DNA of 64,000 nt, taken from contig OZ024741.1 of the NCBI GenBank assembly GCA_964016885.1, positions 29,698,001-29,762,000 of the forward strand. Direction: 5' to 3'. This stretch comes from Eledone cirrhosa. Taxonomy: Eukaryota. The translations under genes were made by a program, and so were the position numbers. Positions within the stretch are counted from its first letter, which is position 1. Each line of letters starts with the position of its first letter. Below, one piece after another: positions 40,695-54,984 of this stretch. The notes below the pieces were generated by a model, which saw only the letters and a program-made list of their open reading frames with translations, was not told the DNA's origin and ran no database searches.

Positions 40695-40777
<83 letters not shown>

Positions 40778-40853
40778 CAAAGGAATCGTGGTAAGGAAGC
40801 AGATGGAGCATAACGCACCAGAGTACTCAATACTTAGGGTAGTAGAGTGGGAA

Positions 40854-40965
40854 ATAGGAAAAAGTATGACCCTGACGGCAGAGCTCAAGCCGTTTCGACG
40901 GCTATTTCTGGAAATAGCCGTCGAAACGGCTTGAGCTCTGCCGTCAGGGTCATACTTTTTCCTAT
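40854..40965. repeat. Perfect palindrome with 55-bp arms and a 2-nt loop
   Basis: Loop TG at 40909-40910. Confidence 0.95.
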
Positions 40966-41257
40966 ATATATATATATGTATATATGTTTAATTTGCAAAT
41001 TAGTACTTCCATATATAAGCCACTCGGTTTCCTATTTCCTTGTCTTTGCTTGGATCATATACCCACCTTCTGATGAAAGAACAATGAAGGTCCAGCAATT
41101 GATTACCTGTGTCCAGCGTTTCATCACTTTACAGGGAAATATATTTACCGTGTATGCAAGGTAAAAAATGTGTAAAGTTTTATACATATTTACGTATTTT
41201 CACTTACCTTTATTCTGTATATATACAAATATAACTTGTACACTTAAGCTGCTCATA

Positions 41258-41829
41258 TACCTACCTATTTTTCTACCTATCTATTTACCAACCTACCTAC
41301 CTACCTAGCTACCTACCTACATACCTACCTACCTACTTATCTATCTATCTATCCACCCACCTACCTACCTACTTACTTACCTACATACCTACTTATCTAC
41401 CCACCTACCTACCTACCTACCTATTTAACTACCTCCCTACATATCTACCAACCTACCTACCTAGCTAAATATCTACTTATCTCTCTATCTACTTATCTCT
41501 CTATCTATCCACCTACCTACCTATTTAGCTACCTCCCTACATATCTACCTACCTACCTACCTACCTACCTAGCTACATATCTACCAACCTACTTATCTCT
41601 CTATCTATCCACCTACCTACTTACCTACTTATCTACCTACCTACTTATCTACCCACCTATCTACATATCTACCTACCTACCTACCTCTCATGTCCCATTT
41701 CAAGTACGCCCCTGCCGCAAATAAAGAAAGATATCCATTTATGTATGTATGTATGTATGTATGTATGTATGTATGTATGTATGTATGTATGTATGTATGT
41801 ATGTATGTATGTACATACATACATACATA
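41258..41829. repeat. Complex (CCTA)/(TCTA) tetranucleotide tract followed by (GTAT)n
   Basis: Directly visible. Confidence 0.95.
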
Positions 41830-42435
41830 GGTCACCAGTTAGTGCTACTGGTAACATGTATCCCAGTACAACCTATCTCATGGTCGGGTCGTTGGCGACT
41901 AAACTGGCAACCCCACCAAGGTTTCTTGGTGAGAAGGGTGACTTTGGACATCCTGCAGGACTAAAAACAAAACCTGTCAAAGAACAAAGGAGCTCTTAAG
42001 AGTCAATGGCCATCCAAAATATCCGGGAGAGATGACCCCTTAGCCTTTGTCAAGGCAGAATTCTAGGAGAAGGAAAACTCTTATATAACACCTGCAACCC
42101 TGATGGTATCTAATGATGTTGACTTGTTCTTCTTTTTGGTAAATATCATCTTGGTTAAGAGAGTGGGACTGGCTTTGTGCAGTGCCTTTGCTCACTATAA
42201 AAGCTTCACGGCACAGGCATTGCTTTATATCTGGAGATCTCTCTGCACTTGCCATCACCTGGTACCATGGGCCCAGCACTATGTGTCAGTAATTGTCACA
42301 AGTGTAGTGTTTATACCAGAGTTTTCAAGTCGCTGGCTGGACTAAAATGTCACACTTGTTCAGCGCATCAGTAGGGGTTCTCCTACATGGATATAAAGTA
42401 GTGGCCGTACTCGAAAACAAGTTGGCAGCCACCAT
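41830..42435 (+). mobile_element. Non-autonomous RTE-derived element, apparently full length (~605 bp)
   Basis: RTE-like 5' UTR (AGGAGAAGGAAAACTC) fused to the C2H2 remnant and 3' end; inserted in (GTAT)n; mini-copy at 42562-42628. Confidence 0.78.
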
Positions 42436-42626
42436 ATATGTATGTATGTATATATATATGTATATGTATATATATGTATATATATATATGTATGTGTGTA
42501 TGTATATTTGTATGTATTTATTTATGTATGTTTGTGTGTATATATTTATGTATGTATGTCAGGTCACCAGTTGGTGCTACTGGTAACATGCTACTGGCCA
42601 TACTCGAAAACGAGTTGGCAGCCACC

Positions 42627-43355
<729 letters not shown>

Positions 43356-44023
43356 TATATATATATATATATATATATATGAAAATAGAGAAATCAATGT
43401 GAGCAAGAAGCCAACAGTAATTCATAATATATAAGTGACTATTACGTCAAGATAGAAAATATTTAACGTAAGATATGGGAAAATAATTCAATCTCAATTA
43501 AAAAAAAGTCAAGACAAATTTTATCCACAGATTTTGTGTGATCCAGGGTAAAAACCAATAGAGTCTTAACTCAGAATAAAATTAAGGGTAAATACTTATC
43601 CTTCAATTTGGATAAATCTACAAATGCTCTATATAGTCTTAAAAAGACTATTTCACGAAATCTTTCAGTGAGGTTAGTCACGGTTGGAACCGTTCATCAG
43701 TAGAGCTCAAACACGATAACCAAAGCACTGCTAAAATATGCCAGAAAGGGAATTTAAAAGCAGGCTAGTTACACCTCGTGTGGAATAAAGATAATAAACA
43801 CACATGGAGAACAGGGCTAGTAACGTCAGAATGAGACGAATGACTGTTTACAAGAAACAGCAGTCAAAACATTCTGAAAAAAAACTCAAAAGAAGGTATG
43901 GAGTTCAGCATAAAGCAATATTATCGCGGTTTTTAAAAAAAAAACCGGGATTAGTCACAAATAATTTTAAGCACTCTAGGAAAAATTCCGAGTATAAATA
44001 TAAATAAAAATAGAGAAATTAAT

Positions 44024-46876
44024 TGTTTCTACTTTAGACACAAGGCCAGTGCATTACTGGTACTTTATTTTATCGACCCCGTAAGGATGAAAGGCAAAGA
44101 CAACCTCGGCAGGATTTGATCTCAATGAAAATAGAGAAATTAATGTAGGCAAGAAGCCAACAGTAATTCATAATATATAAGCAAAGAGATGTCCAAACTG
44201 AGCCTAAACCGATAAGGCCTGGTTTCTTGGGTATGTCAACATTTATAAAACAAATTTTGTATTTTATCTGATGAGTGCGTACCAAAAGTTTCTAAATGAA
44301 TTATTGATATTTTGATATTTAATGTCAGTAGAAGAAAGTGTCTTCATATTGACTGCTACCAGGTAAGACAAAAAACAAAACAAAACAGTGACGTCATCGA
44401 AACTTACCGACTCACCACCTATTGAACAGAAATTCCCTTTGAAGTAAGTGCGTTTGGCTTCCATGGAAGATGTGGAAACATGACTGTGCCAACTGTGGTA
44501 TACCTGAACGACCAATAAAACCCTGCGGCGTGGTAATTTACTCAAATTATCTACATACCACCTACCTATGGAAGGCCATCTTCAACAAAATGTAGGTTAT
44601 ATGGAAGAATTTTATATTTAATTAAGTTAGGAGTAAGATTTATTCATTTAATTTTTTCTTTTTATCGTGATTGTTTTTACTTTTGGCTCAAGGTCGGCAA
44701 TTTTGGGGAAGGTAAACTCGATTAAATCGACTCCAGTGCATTACTGGTACTTTATTTTATCGACCCCGTAAGGAAGAAAGGCCAAGCTAGCCGTAGCAGG
44801 ATTTGAACTCAGAACGCAGAGGGCCATAACTCTATACTGCAAAACATATTGTCCAACACGCTACCCATACTGCCAATCCACCGCCCTTTATAATTGTTTC
44901 TACTATAGGCACAAGGCCAGTAATTTGGGGGAGGGCAAAGTCGATTAAATCGACCCCAGTACATTACTGATACTTTATTTTATCGACCCCGTAAGGATGA
45001 AAGGCAAAGTTAACATCGGCAGGATTTGAACTCAGACCGTAAAGGACCGTAACTCTATGCTGAAAAGCATGGTGTCCGACTCTACCGTTACTGTCAATCC
45101 ACCGCCCCCAATAGTGCAATAATAATAATAGTGTTTCTACTTTTGGCACAAGGCCAGCAAATACCCAGTGCATCACTGGTACTTTATTTTATCGACCTCG
45201 TAAGGATGAAAGGCAAAGTTAACCTCGGCGGGATTTGAACTCAGACCATAAAGGGCCATAACTATGCTGCAAAGCATGGTGTCTGACTCTCTACCGATAC
45301 TGCCAAATAATAATAGTAATAATATTTTTTCAATTTGTAAGGTTTCTCTAGTAACCAGTTGCTAGTTGCAGAGTGTTGATTGCCTCAGATCAGTCTCTGA
45401 TCTGAGAATAGCAATATATTGCGTAGCAGTCTGGTAGAAATTGGGCAATTTCTCTAAAGGTGTGAATCCTGAGACGTTTAGGGACCGTGCCTAGCATCCC
45501 AATAACGATTCCCACAACTTCTGTCTCTACATGGCAATCAGTTCTAATACCTCCTGCAAGTTTTTCATATTTATTCATTTCTTCTATTTCCTTTTCAGCC
45601 ACATTCAGGTCTAAAGGTATTGCAATGTCAATTAGAGTCCATATTTTGAAAGTGCGGGCTGCAGTTTAAGCAATATCAGGGCGGTGTTGTTGGACTTTGT
45701 TTGTGGTCTTGATCTCAAGATCCCAAAATAACTCAACTCCGTCCCCTGATAGGCATGGTTCAAGAGGAGTATGTTAGTACCACCGACATCACGTTTCTAT
45801 GCTGTATTTTTTGCATAACTACCAATGGACTCCTTTTGCTATAAGATCATAAGGGATTTTATAACAACTTTTCACTAATTGCACACATCCTTAGTAATGA
45901 TTTCATTTATGGGCCACAAGGGCCGACACAATCTTAATAATGATGATGATGATGATCGTAATAATAATAATAATTGTTTCTACTTTTGGCACAAGGCCAG
46001 CGATTACACCAGTGCATCACCGGTAATTTATTTTATCGACGCCGTAAGGATGAAAGGCAAATTTAACCTCGGCGGATTTGAACTCAGAACGTGAAGGGCC
46101 ATAATCATATGCTACAAAGCATGGTGTCTGACGCTCTACCGATACTGGCAAACCACTAATAATAATGGTTTCTAATTTAGGCACAATTTTGGAGGAGTGG
46201 AGAGCCACCCTCAGTACGTTACTGGTACTTTATTTTATTGACCCCAGTAAGTATGAAAGGCAAAGATAACTTCGGCGAGATTTGAACTCAAAACGCAAAG
46301 GACCGTAACTCTATGCCACGAAGCATGCTGTCCGACGCTCTACCGATACTGCCAATCCACAATGATAGCAATAACAGTAACACACTCTTCTGAAAATGAA
46401 CTTGAGGGCAATAACGACAGAGAAATCAACCCTGACACCTTAAGACAAACACCAAATAACACAACCGTTAACAGAACAAATAAAACCTAATAGACAAGAG
46501 AGGAGTATGAACAAGCCATGACATTATTCTACACAGCATTGATCCAACCAGGACGTAATAAAACTGAATTGTGCTTTCATATCTGGAAAGAAATTACAAG
46601 GGACGAAAATCGTGATAATAATAATGCAAACAAACTAGCCAACGTACGCTAAGTTATCATGCGTAACAACCGTCTAACATCTGCATAATTAGAGACAGCC
46701 AAAGATAATTGTTTCTACTTTTGGCACAAGGTCAGCAATTATCCCAGTGTATTACTGGTACTTTATGTAAGGATGAAAGGCAAAGTTAACCTCGGTGGGA
46801 TTTGAACTCAGACCATAAAGGGCCGTAACACTTTGCTGCAAAGCATGGCGTCCGACCCTCTACCGATACTGCCAAA
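44024..46876 (-). mobile_element. Cluster of about 7 minus-strand tRNA-SINEs (44024-44125, 44672-44886, 44893-45108, 45131-45306, 45972-46156, 46164-46361, 46707-46876)
   Basis: Family motifs in each; 17-bp TSD AAAATAGAGAAATTAAT at 44007-44023 and 44128-44144 around the truncated copy. Confidence 0.9.
45320..45875 (-). mobile_element. R4/Dong LINE 3' end (restriction-like endonuclease domain)
   Basis: Minus strand RPDI...TLIDIAIPLDLNVAEKEIEEMNKYEKL...VVGIVIGMLGTVPKRL, followed by an (ATT)n-type tail. Confidence 0.8.
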
Positions 46877-49275
46877 CATAATGTCACTATCATCCCAGAA
46901 AACCAGGCTGAAGCACTTGGAATATTGTAGAGGAAAACATTATTCGACATATTGATAAATGTACCCATGAACATAATGTTAATATACGCAACTTAGAACC
47001 TGAATTAGTAGATGGTCGAGCTGAAACTGAAGTAGCAGAAGGTAAAAATGAACCCGAAGCTGCAATGGCGTATTTGCTGAAGCCAATACAAAGAAAATAC
47101 TTGAAGCAAAAATACACGATATCTTGAGAGTGTTAGGCACTTTTAAACCTCTAGAAATGAATGAGAGATCAATTACTAAAGTTTCAGAAATGCAAATCAA
47201 ATGCAAGTACGGTCAAAATATATGACTATAACCTGAAGCAGCTTCTTGAATTGGAGACAGATTTGATTTCGTTAAACCATGTTATATACTCAATATCTAT
47301 GGCTGTCCCAAAGAAAATATGAATCAAAATAAAGAAAAAGGCTCCCCGAAAAAGCGCGCAAACAACAAAGGTCGAAAGAAGGCATAAATAAGGAAATTGA
47401 GAACTTCTGAGGGGAATTATCGATCTTAGATGAACGCTCCAAAGGAAATAATGTAAAAACCAGAATGGCTAAAAAGTTGAAACGAAAGTACAATCTGATA
47501 AACATGAATGGAGTCCTGAGGGCAAAAGAGGTGTTTAAGCAAAAGTTCAGGATAAGGTCAACGCTTACGCAGATATGAAAAAACAAAACACATTGTACAT
47601 TCAAAATAAGATATTTAAAACTGATAATGAGAAATTCTAGAGAGAGTTAAGGAAACAATCGATTTATATTAAAGACCCACCTGATATGAAGTAGAGACAT
47701 TTTGGAAAAATATATGAAGCGATAGAAAGAGATTTAACGCGGAACCTGAATGGGTAGTGAGAGACGTAGAAAGAATGGATGAGTTTGAAGAACAGGAATA
47801 GGAGGATATTACAATCCAGGAACTAACTGAAGCCCAATCTAAAGCTCATCAATGGAGGTCTCCCTGACATGATAAAATCCCATACTTCAGTTTAATAGCC
47901 TCTCACCATCCCACAGCAAGTTAATGAAATGTTTCTCCGATATCATCAGAAACCCCGAAAAAACTCCAAACTGTCTCACATTAGGAATAACTACCTACTC
48001 CCTAAAATGAGTGAAACAAAAAAACACGAAAAACTACAGAGCGATCACTTCTTGACAACTATGTACAAAATACTTACAGCCATCCTTACCGAAACTATGT
48101 CCATTTCCTCGATCAAAAGAACATCTTTCCTATTCAGCATAGCTCTGCAAAAGAAACACATACGGCTGCAAAGACAAGGTATTAATAAATAGTATGATAC
48201 TGGAAAATTGCTCATTGAAAAATCGAAATCATAGAACAGTATGGATTAACTACCGTTTGACAGTGTCCCATATAGCTGAAACTTAACGATGCTATATATA
48301 TACAAGATCTGTCCCTGCCTAGAAAAAGTGTTTTTGCCACATATGGGATTGTGGAACATGAAATTGCTTCTCGACCACAAGAAAAATTTGAAGGTGTCAG
48401 AAAATATTACAATAGATCGTGGAATATTTCAGGGTAATTCTCTTTCCTCACATCTCTTCTGTCTTACCCTCATTCCCTTGTCCCAAGAGTTGAATAGAAG
48501 AAATTATAGTTACAAAATGTTTGATAAGATCATCTCATACACTTGTTCTACACGGATGATCTGAAATTATATACTGAAGATGACAAGGACCTGAAAAGGC
48601 TAATGGTAACTTTGAAGAAAGTTAGTGATGATATCAACATGGAATTTGGCCTTGATAAATGTGCAAAAGCTACCTTTAAATGCAGTAAATTCACAGCAAA
48701 TATCTCAATCCACCTTCATAATGATAAAACTATCAAGGATCTTGATCAAGAAGGCTTTTATAAGTATCTTGGTGTAAACGAAGAGGAAGGGCTTCAGTAC
48801 GGGTCAATGAAAGAGAAGACCAGGAAAGAATATTATAGACGTGTTAAAATTGTCCTGAACACCCAGAATAGAATTGAAGCTATAAACACCCAGATTGTGT
48901 CGTTTATCCAGTATAGACTTAATATCATCAATGGGAATTTTGGTAAACTCCAGGATTTGAACATAAAGACTAGGAAACAGTAGACATTAAACAGAATGTA
49001 TCACCCAAACGAAGACATCCGTAGTTTCTATCTCCCACGAAAGAAGGTTGTTAAAAGCCTCATTCAACTTGAAATATCCTATAAGACACCGATTGGATGA
49101 TACAGTTGGTACGACACACCAATAGGATAATAAACTACACACAAGGCATATAAATGCAGATGAGAACTTAACCTCCCTGATTCTGATGATCATCATAAGG
49201 ATATGCGGTCCACAAAAGTTGCAAAAATGTGTAAGGTGAAGCCAAAAAGAAAGCTTGAAGGAAATCTCAATTGTG
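46380..49275 (+). mobile_element. Decayed R4/Dong LINE (N-terminus and RT)
   Basis: NKLANVR N-terminal motif; RGIFQGNSLSSHLFCLTLIPLS, FYTDDLKLY, DINMEFGLDKCAK, YKYLGV; many lesions; SINE inserted at 46707-46876. Confidence 0.88.
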
Positions 49276-49405
49276 GCATGATACGGGCGCGCAGGCACAC
49301 ACATACACACACACGCACACACACACACATATGTGTGTGTGTATATATATATATATATACAATAAACATATGGGGAGCCTCGCTATCAAAGAAACATGAT
49401 ACTCA

Positions 49406-49451
<46 letters not shown>

Positions 49452-49570
49452 CGATGACGATGATGATGATGATTATGGTGATCATGACGATGATTATGAT
49501 GATGATGATGATGATGATGATTATTATTATTATTATTATTATTATTATGATGATGACGATGATGATGATT
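49406..49570. repeat. (GAT)n/(ATT)n trinucleotide tract
   Basis: Directly visible. Confidence 0.97.
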
Positions 49571-49592
49571 GGTAATGTGGTAAAATGTAATA

Positions 49593-51128
49593 CTAACTGA
49601 GGTACCCAGCTTCGCTAAGGTTCACAAATGATAAGAGAAGACCGGCAGAAGAGAAAACGTCTGTATTGAATGCATTGTCTTGTTTACAGTGTATGTGTAT
49701 TGTGTGTGTGTGTGTTTGTGTATACATATATGTGTGTGCGTGTGTGTGAGTGTTCGTGTGTGTATGTGTGTGTGCGTGTATGTATGTGTATATATATATA
49801 TATGTGTGTGTGAGTATATAGATATATGTGTGTGTGTGTGCCTGTGTGAGTTTTCGTGTGTATGCGTGCGCGCGTGCGTGTGTGTGTAATCCACTGTTGG
49901 AATCGGAGACATAAGCCGCGGAACACGATCATCACTGACAACGAACTCGAGGGAGAATCCCTTATGGTTGATTCCCAACCTGCTAGAAATAGCAGTCAGG
50001 TTGGTTAGCATACGTGGTATGTCTTTCTTCTTCTTTGGTGTTATAAAATTAGTATCAATAAACTTTCCTGGATATACTCTTATTCCAATCCTGTACATAC
50101 TTTCCGATTGTCACTTTTCGTTTTTTTTTGTGTGAAACGTGACCAACAAGTATCTCTCTTTTATATCTCTTTTATTTGTTCATTCAAAATATTTTCCAGC
50201 TAATTCTGTCGTACAATATACATCAGCAATCGTTATCTAATGTTTAAATCATGAATAGCTGCGCTATATGCACCATATCAATCAAAAACGATATGAGAAT
50301 TGAATACCATACTAAAGCGCCAGTAAGCTTGCTAAGAACCTGCAGATAGGAATGTTAATAAATACAACATTTGGCTTGGGTAAACTTTAAGATGTTCTTT
50401 CAGTGTAGGTTTCTTTAGCTTCTCTCCTCTTCCTTAGCTCACACTAGAGCATCCTACATACGATTGACCATGGTTTTCCCAGATGAAGGCTAGCCACTTT
50501 TAGGGTTTGACCCTGAGCTTTGTTGATGGTAATCGCGAAGCTTAGCCTCTCTGTTGCTCTAGTAACATTTTTTCTTCTGGAAAATCTGATCTTGCGGCCA
50601 AGCTAGGACTTTTGCGTGGCATATCGGCAGTAACAATGACGATAAGCCGCCTGTGCTTTCGTGAAATAAATACGTTTGTTTATATTTTATTTTTGTGTAT
50701 GCAAATTATATCTGTACACGAATATATAATTATATAGATATATATATTAAAATAACAGATTAAAGTTTAAGCAAAGAATCGCTGCTTTCACTCTTAACGG
50801 GATCTTCTGAAACTAAAAAAATCAATTTCTCAACGCAGAAGTAAATATTTCGAAAAACGTTGTAACCGAAAGAAAACAGGAAGATGATATTTTGGTTCGT
50901 GAAGACGTTAGGAATGTCGTATAACCGGAAGTGTTGACATTTGAAATTTTAAAGAAGTGAATATTTAAATAATGTCTTTAATCTTTTAAGAAAATTCAGT
51001 AGACAAAAATACCCTCACTTTCTTACTTGGAAAAAGTCACATCTATGGTGCAAATTTGGTGCCGTTTGTTCCAGCCGCTTGGCGGAAAGTTTTTTATTTA
51101 TATACGACCGTCAGCTTTATAGTATAGA
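49593..51128 (-). mobile_element. Non-autonomous Helitron
   Basis: Minus strand begins A|TCTATACTATAAAG and ends with an imperfect hairpin (49604-49621) then CAGTTAG|T (CTAG variant); A/T insertion site, no TSD. Confidence 0.62.
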
Positions 51129-51199
51129 TTAACTGTTATTGATGTATTTTAGAGCTGTTATTGATAATATTGTTAACTCCATGTTGCAAAGGATGGCGT

Positions 51200-52554
51200 C
51201 CACGAGGGTCGGACGCCATGCTTTGCAGCATAGAGTTACGGCCCTTTATGATCTGAGTTCAAATTCCGCCAAGGTTAACTTTGCCTTTCATCCTTACGGC
51301 GTCGATAAAATAAAGTACCAGTCACGCACTGGGGTCGATTTAATCGACTCCCCTTCCCCAAAAATTGCTGGTCTTGTGCTTATATAAGAAACCAATATTG
51401 TTGTTTTTATTGTTGATATTGTTTTTCTTCTTCATTATCAGCATTATTCTCCTCACCCCTCCTCCTACTCATCCCCCCTTCACCTCCCTCTTCTACCTTA
51501 TCTCCCACCTCCCCTTCATGTTTATGATCATGATCATCATCATCATTATAACCTTCTCAACTCTTGTTAATGTCGATGTGATTATGCTATAGCTGTAATT
51601 AAAATGATGTCAGCAGTTCTTGCTAGGGCGGTGTATTAGCAGTATCAATAGAGCGTCGGATGTCATGCTTTGAGGCATAGAGTTACGGCTCTTTACGTTT
51701 TGATTTCAGATGCTGCCCAAGTTAGCTTTAAAAAAGTACCAGTAATTCACTGGGGTCGATGTAACCGACTTTCCTTTCTCCTTGAAATTACTGGCCTTCT
51801 GCCTAAAATAGAAACAATTATTGGATGGGTAAAGGGTTTGCTTCACAATCACGAAGTACACCCTTCGATCTCCCTGTGTGGCATCTGGGACTAGGGTCTT
51901 TTACCATAGTCTCAAGTTGTAACTATTGTAATAAATTATGTCTTGTTAGCGGATTGGGTTTGGACGCCAACCTCATAGACTGTATTAGTGCTTTCATTCC
52001 ACTGGTCCAATAGTTAGAATTATCATCGTCGACAACGATGGTGAGCCATTTATATTTGTTGTTAGTTCTTGTAGTTGCAGTATCAGTAGAGCGTCAGACA
52101 CTATGCTTTGCAGCAGAGTTAAGGCCCTCTAAGGTCTGAGTTTAAATCCCGCCGAGGTTAGTTTTGCCTTTCTACCTTATGGTGTCGATAAAATAAAGTA
52201 CAGTAATGCACTGGATGGATTTAATCAATTTCCCCTTCCCCTCAAATTGCTGGCCTTGTGCCTAAATCAGAACCCATTATTATTATTAGTAGCATTAGTG
52301 GTGGTAGCAGGGATTGCCAAATCGGGAGAGAATCGGACACCATGTTTTGCAACATAGAGTTACGGCTCTTTATGGTCTGAGTTCAAATCCTGCCGCGGTT
52401 AACTTTGCCTTTCATCTTTACGGGGTCGACAAAATAAAGCCCCAGTAACGTACTGGGGTCGATTTAATCGACTTTCCCCTTCCCCCAAATTACTGGCCTT
52501 GTGCCTATACTAGAAATCAGTATTAGTGGTGGTAGAAGCAGCAGCAGCAGTAGA

Positions 52555-52619
<65 letters not shown>

Positions 52620-53555
52620 CAACATCAGCAGCAGTAGTAGTAGCATCAGTAGTAGTAATAGTAGTTGTTATTTTTGTTATGTTTATAGTTTAGAATCGTT
52701 GTTACATTATATCTAATGGCGTGATTTTGATGATGAAAGAACGGAAATGATTAAAGCTGTTGTTAAAATCTCAGTTTCATAATGTCCATAATCAGGAAGT
52801 GTTGCTTCGTTAAGCATATTCCACTTTCTCTTCGTTTCTTTCATTTTTTGCGAGGTTTCTCTTATTTTCTATATATTTATTCAAACGTATCTGTCATCTT
52901 CCCTTCCTTTCACACTTTCTTTCTTCATTTACTTGTTTATCTCTCGTACTTTTTTCATCTATTTCATTTTCTCTTTCACTGGATTGGCAGAATCGGTAGA
53001 GCGTCGGATAATATGCTTTGCGCCATAGAATTGTGGGCCCTTTACAATCTGAGTTCAAATGCCGCCGAGGTTAGCCTTGCTTCTCATCCTTATGGGGTCG
53101 ATAAAATAAAGTACCAGTAATGTACTAGGATCGATTTAATCGTCTTTCCCATTCCCCTACAATTGTTGGCCTTGTGTCTAAATCAGAAACCAGTGGTAGA
53201 TTGGCAGAATCGGTAGAGCGTCAGACAACATACTTTGCGGCATTGAGTTGCAGCCCTTTACAATCTGAGTTCAAATCCCGTTAAGGTTAGCTTTGCCTTT
53301 CATCCTTATGGCGCCGATAAAATAAAGTAACATTTAATCGACTTTCCCATTCCCCTAAAATTGTTGGACTTGTGCCTAAATCAGAAACCATTATTTCAGG
53401 GTCAGACGTTACGGTTAGAGGAACGGCCCTTTATGATATGATTTGAAACCCCGCCGAGGTTAACTTTGCCTTTAATCCTTACGCGGTCGATAAAATAAAG
53501 TACCAGTAATGTACTGGCTAATTGCTGGCCTTGTACCTGAATCAGAAACCATTAT
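51200..53555 (+). mobile_element. Cluster of about 7 plus-strand tRNA-SINEs (51200-51393, 51625-51822, 52076-52285, 52302-52522, 52978-53191, 53193-53395, 53400-53555)
   Basis: A/B boxes (TGGCAGAATCGGTAGAGC, GTTCAAATCC), central domain, AGAAACCATTATT tails. Confidence 0.9.
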
Positions 53556-53825
53556 TTCATAATTTCTCCTTTGTCAGCATTTTCGTTACTCTCTCATTTC
53601 TTTCATCTTATTTTCTATCTTTCCTAACACTCTCACTTTTTCTCTTTCATTCATTCTTTTAAACTTTCTATCTCTCCTTATATTTTTTTTAACATTTTCC
53701 TTTCCTTATGATCTTCTTTTTATATTCTTTGTTCCTTTCTTTCTTTCGTTCGTCTTTCATTTAGACTTTTCTGTCTCTCAATCTTTCCGTCTTATATTTT
53801 TACCTTCATTTTCTCTCTTTATTCT

Positions 53826-53856
<31 letters not shown>

Positions 53857-54334
53857 TGTCTACTTTATTTCAGTCTTTTTTTCTTCTTCATTTACTGAAG
53901 TTATAAAATTACCAAAAATATACAGCAAAAAAAAAAAAAATAAAGAAGGCAAAACACATCAAAACAACTTACAATGAGCTGAACCGAAGAAAGAACTAAA
54001 ATTTACCGATAATTATGAAGACCATGCAGAATATATATTTTACACTCTTGTTGTTGTTGTTGTTGTTGTTGTTGTTCTTCTTCTTCTTCTTCTTCTTCTT
54101 CTTCTCTAGAGCGGATATGTCATACCGGAAGTGCTTTTCACCTCATCGCAAGATTCAGTAGAAAATTGTATCTGAGCAATTTAAAATTGAAACTTCTGAA
54201 AATTGCTTTTCAATAAAAATTCCGACATTTAAATATATCTCGTTTGTTGGAGATTGTGTCTTTTTAAAAATATTTATTTTGCTATTAAGTATTTTATTAC
54301 CACAAACACACGCAAACACGCACAAACACACACA

Positions 54335-54370
<36 letters not shown>

Positions 54371-54540
54371 AACACACATACACATACATACACACATATA
54401 GCATGAAACTTATATATATATATATTACATACACATGTGTAAATAATAACACTTGCATACATCATTATATATACGTATATATATATATATATACACATAT
54501 ATACGTATATATATATATACATATAAATGTATATACACGT

Positions 54541-54589
<49 letters not shown>

Positions 54590-54597
54590 TATGTTTG

Positions 54598-54703
<106 letters not shown>

Positions 54704-54932
54704 AGTGTGTGTGTTCGTGTGTAGGCGCAAAAATATTAGTATCCAATTGTCTTGTCATCTTCAATACATTAAATATACTTCTTTATATTTTTGAAATAAA
54801 AACATACAAAATGAAAAAAATACAAGACATCACGTTGGTAAATGACATGTAAACAGCCGCATTATACATAACACTTGTTTAAATACATACACAGATCCAT
54901 CCATTCATACGTGTATACACATAAATGCATAA

Positions 54933-54983
<51 letters not shown>

Positions 54984-54984
54984 C

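Noticed and set aside
41065-41095. CTGATGA motif (also on the minus strand near 35415 and plus strand near 44268)
   Set aside because: No supporting stems or GAAA/UH arrangement; expected by chance.
41830-41912. Possible HDV-like ribozyme at the 5' end of the RTE-derived element
   Set aside because: It has a P4-like hairpin, CUAA and a CCAGT/ACTGG P2-like pair, but I could not build P1 or a canonical L3. Worth a descriptor search on the consensus, but not callable.
44672-46361. Regularly spaced repeats superficially like a CRISPR array or tRNA cluster
   Set aside because: Units are ~180-210-bp SINEs with A/B boxes, no unique spacers, no cas genes and no full cloverleaf.
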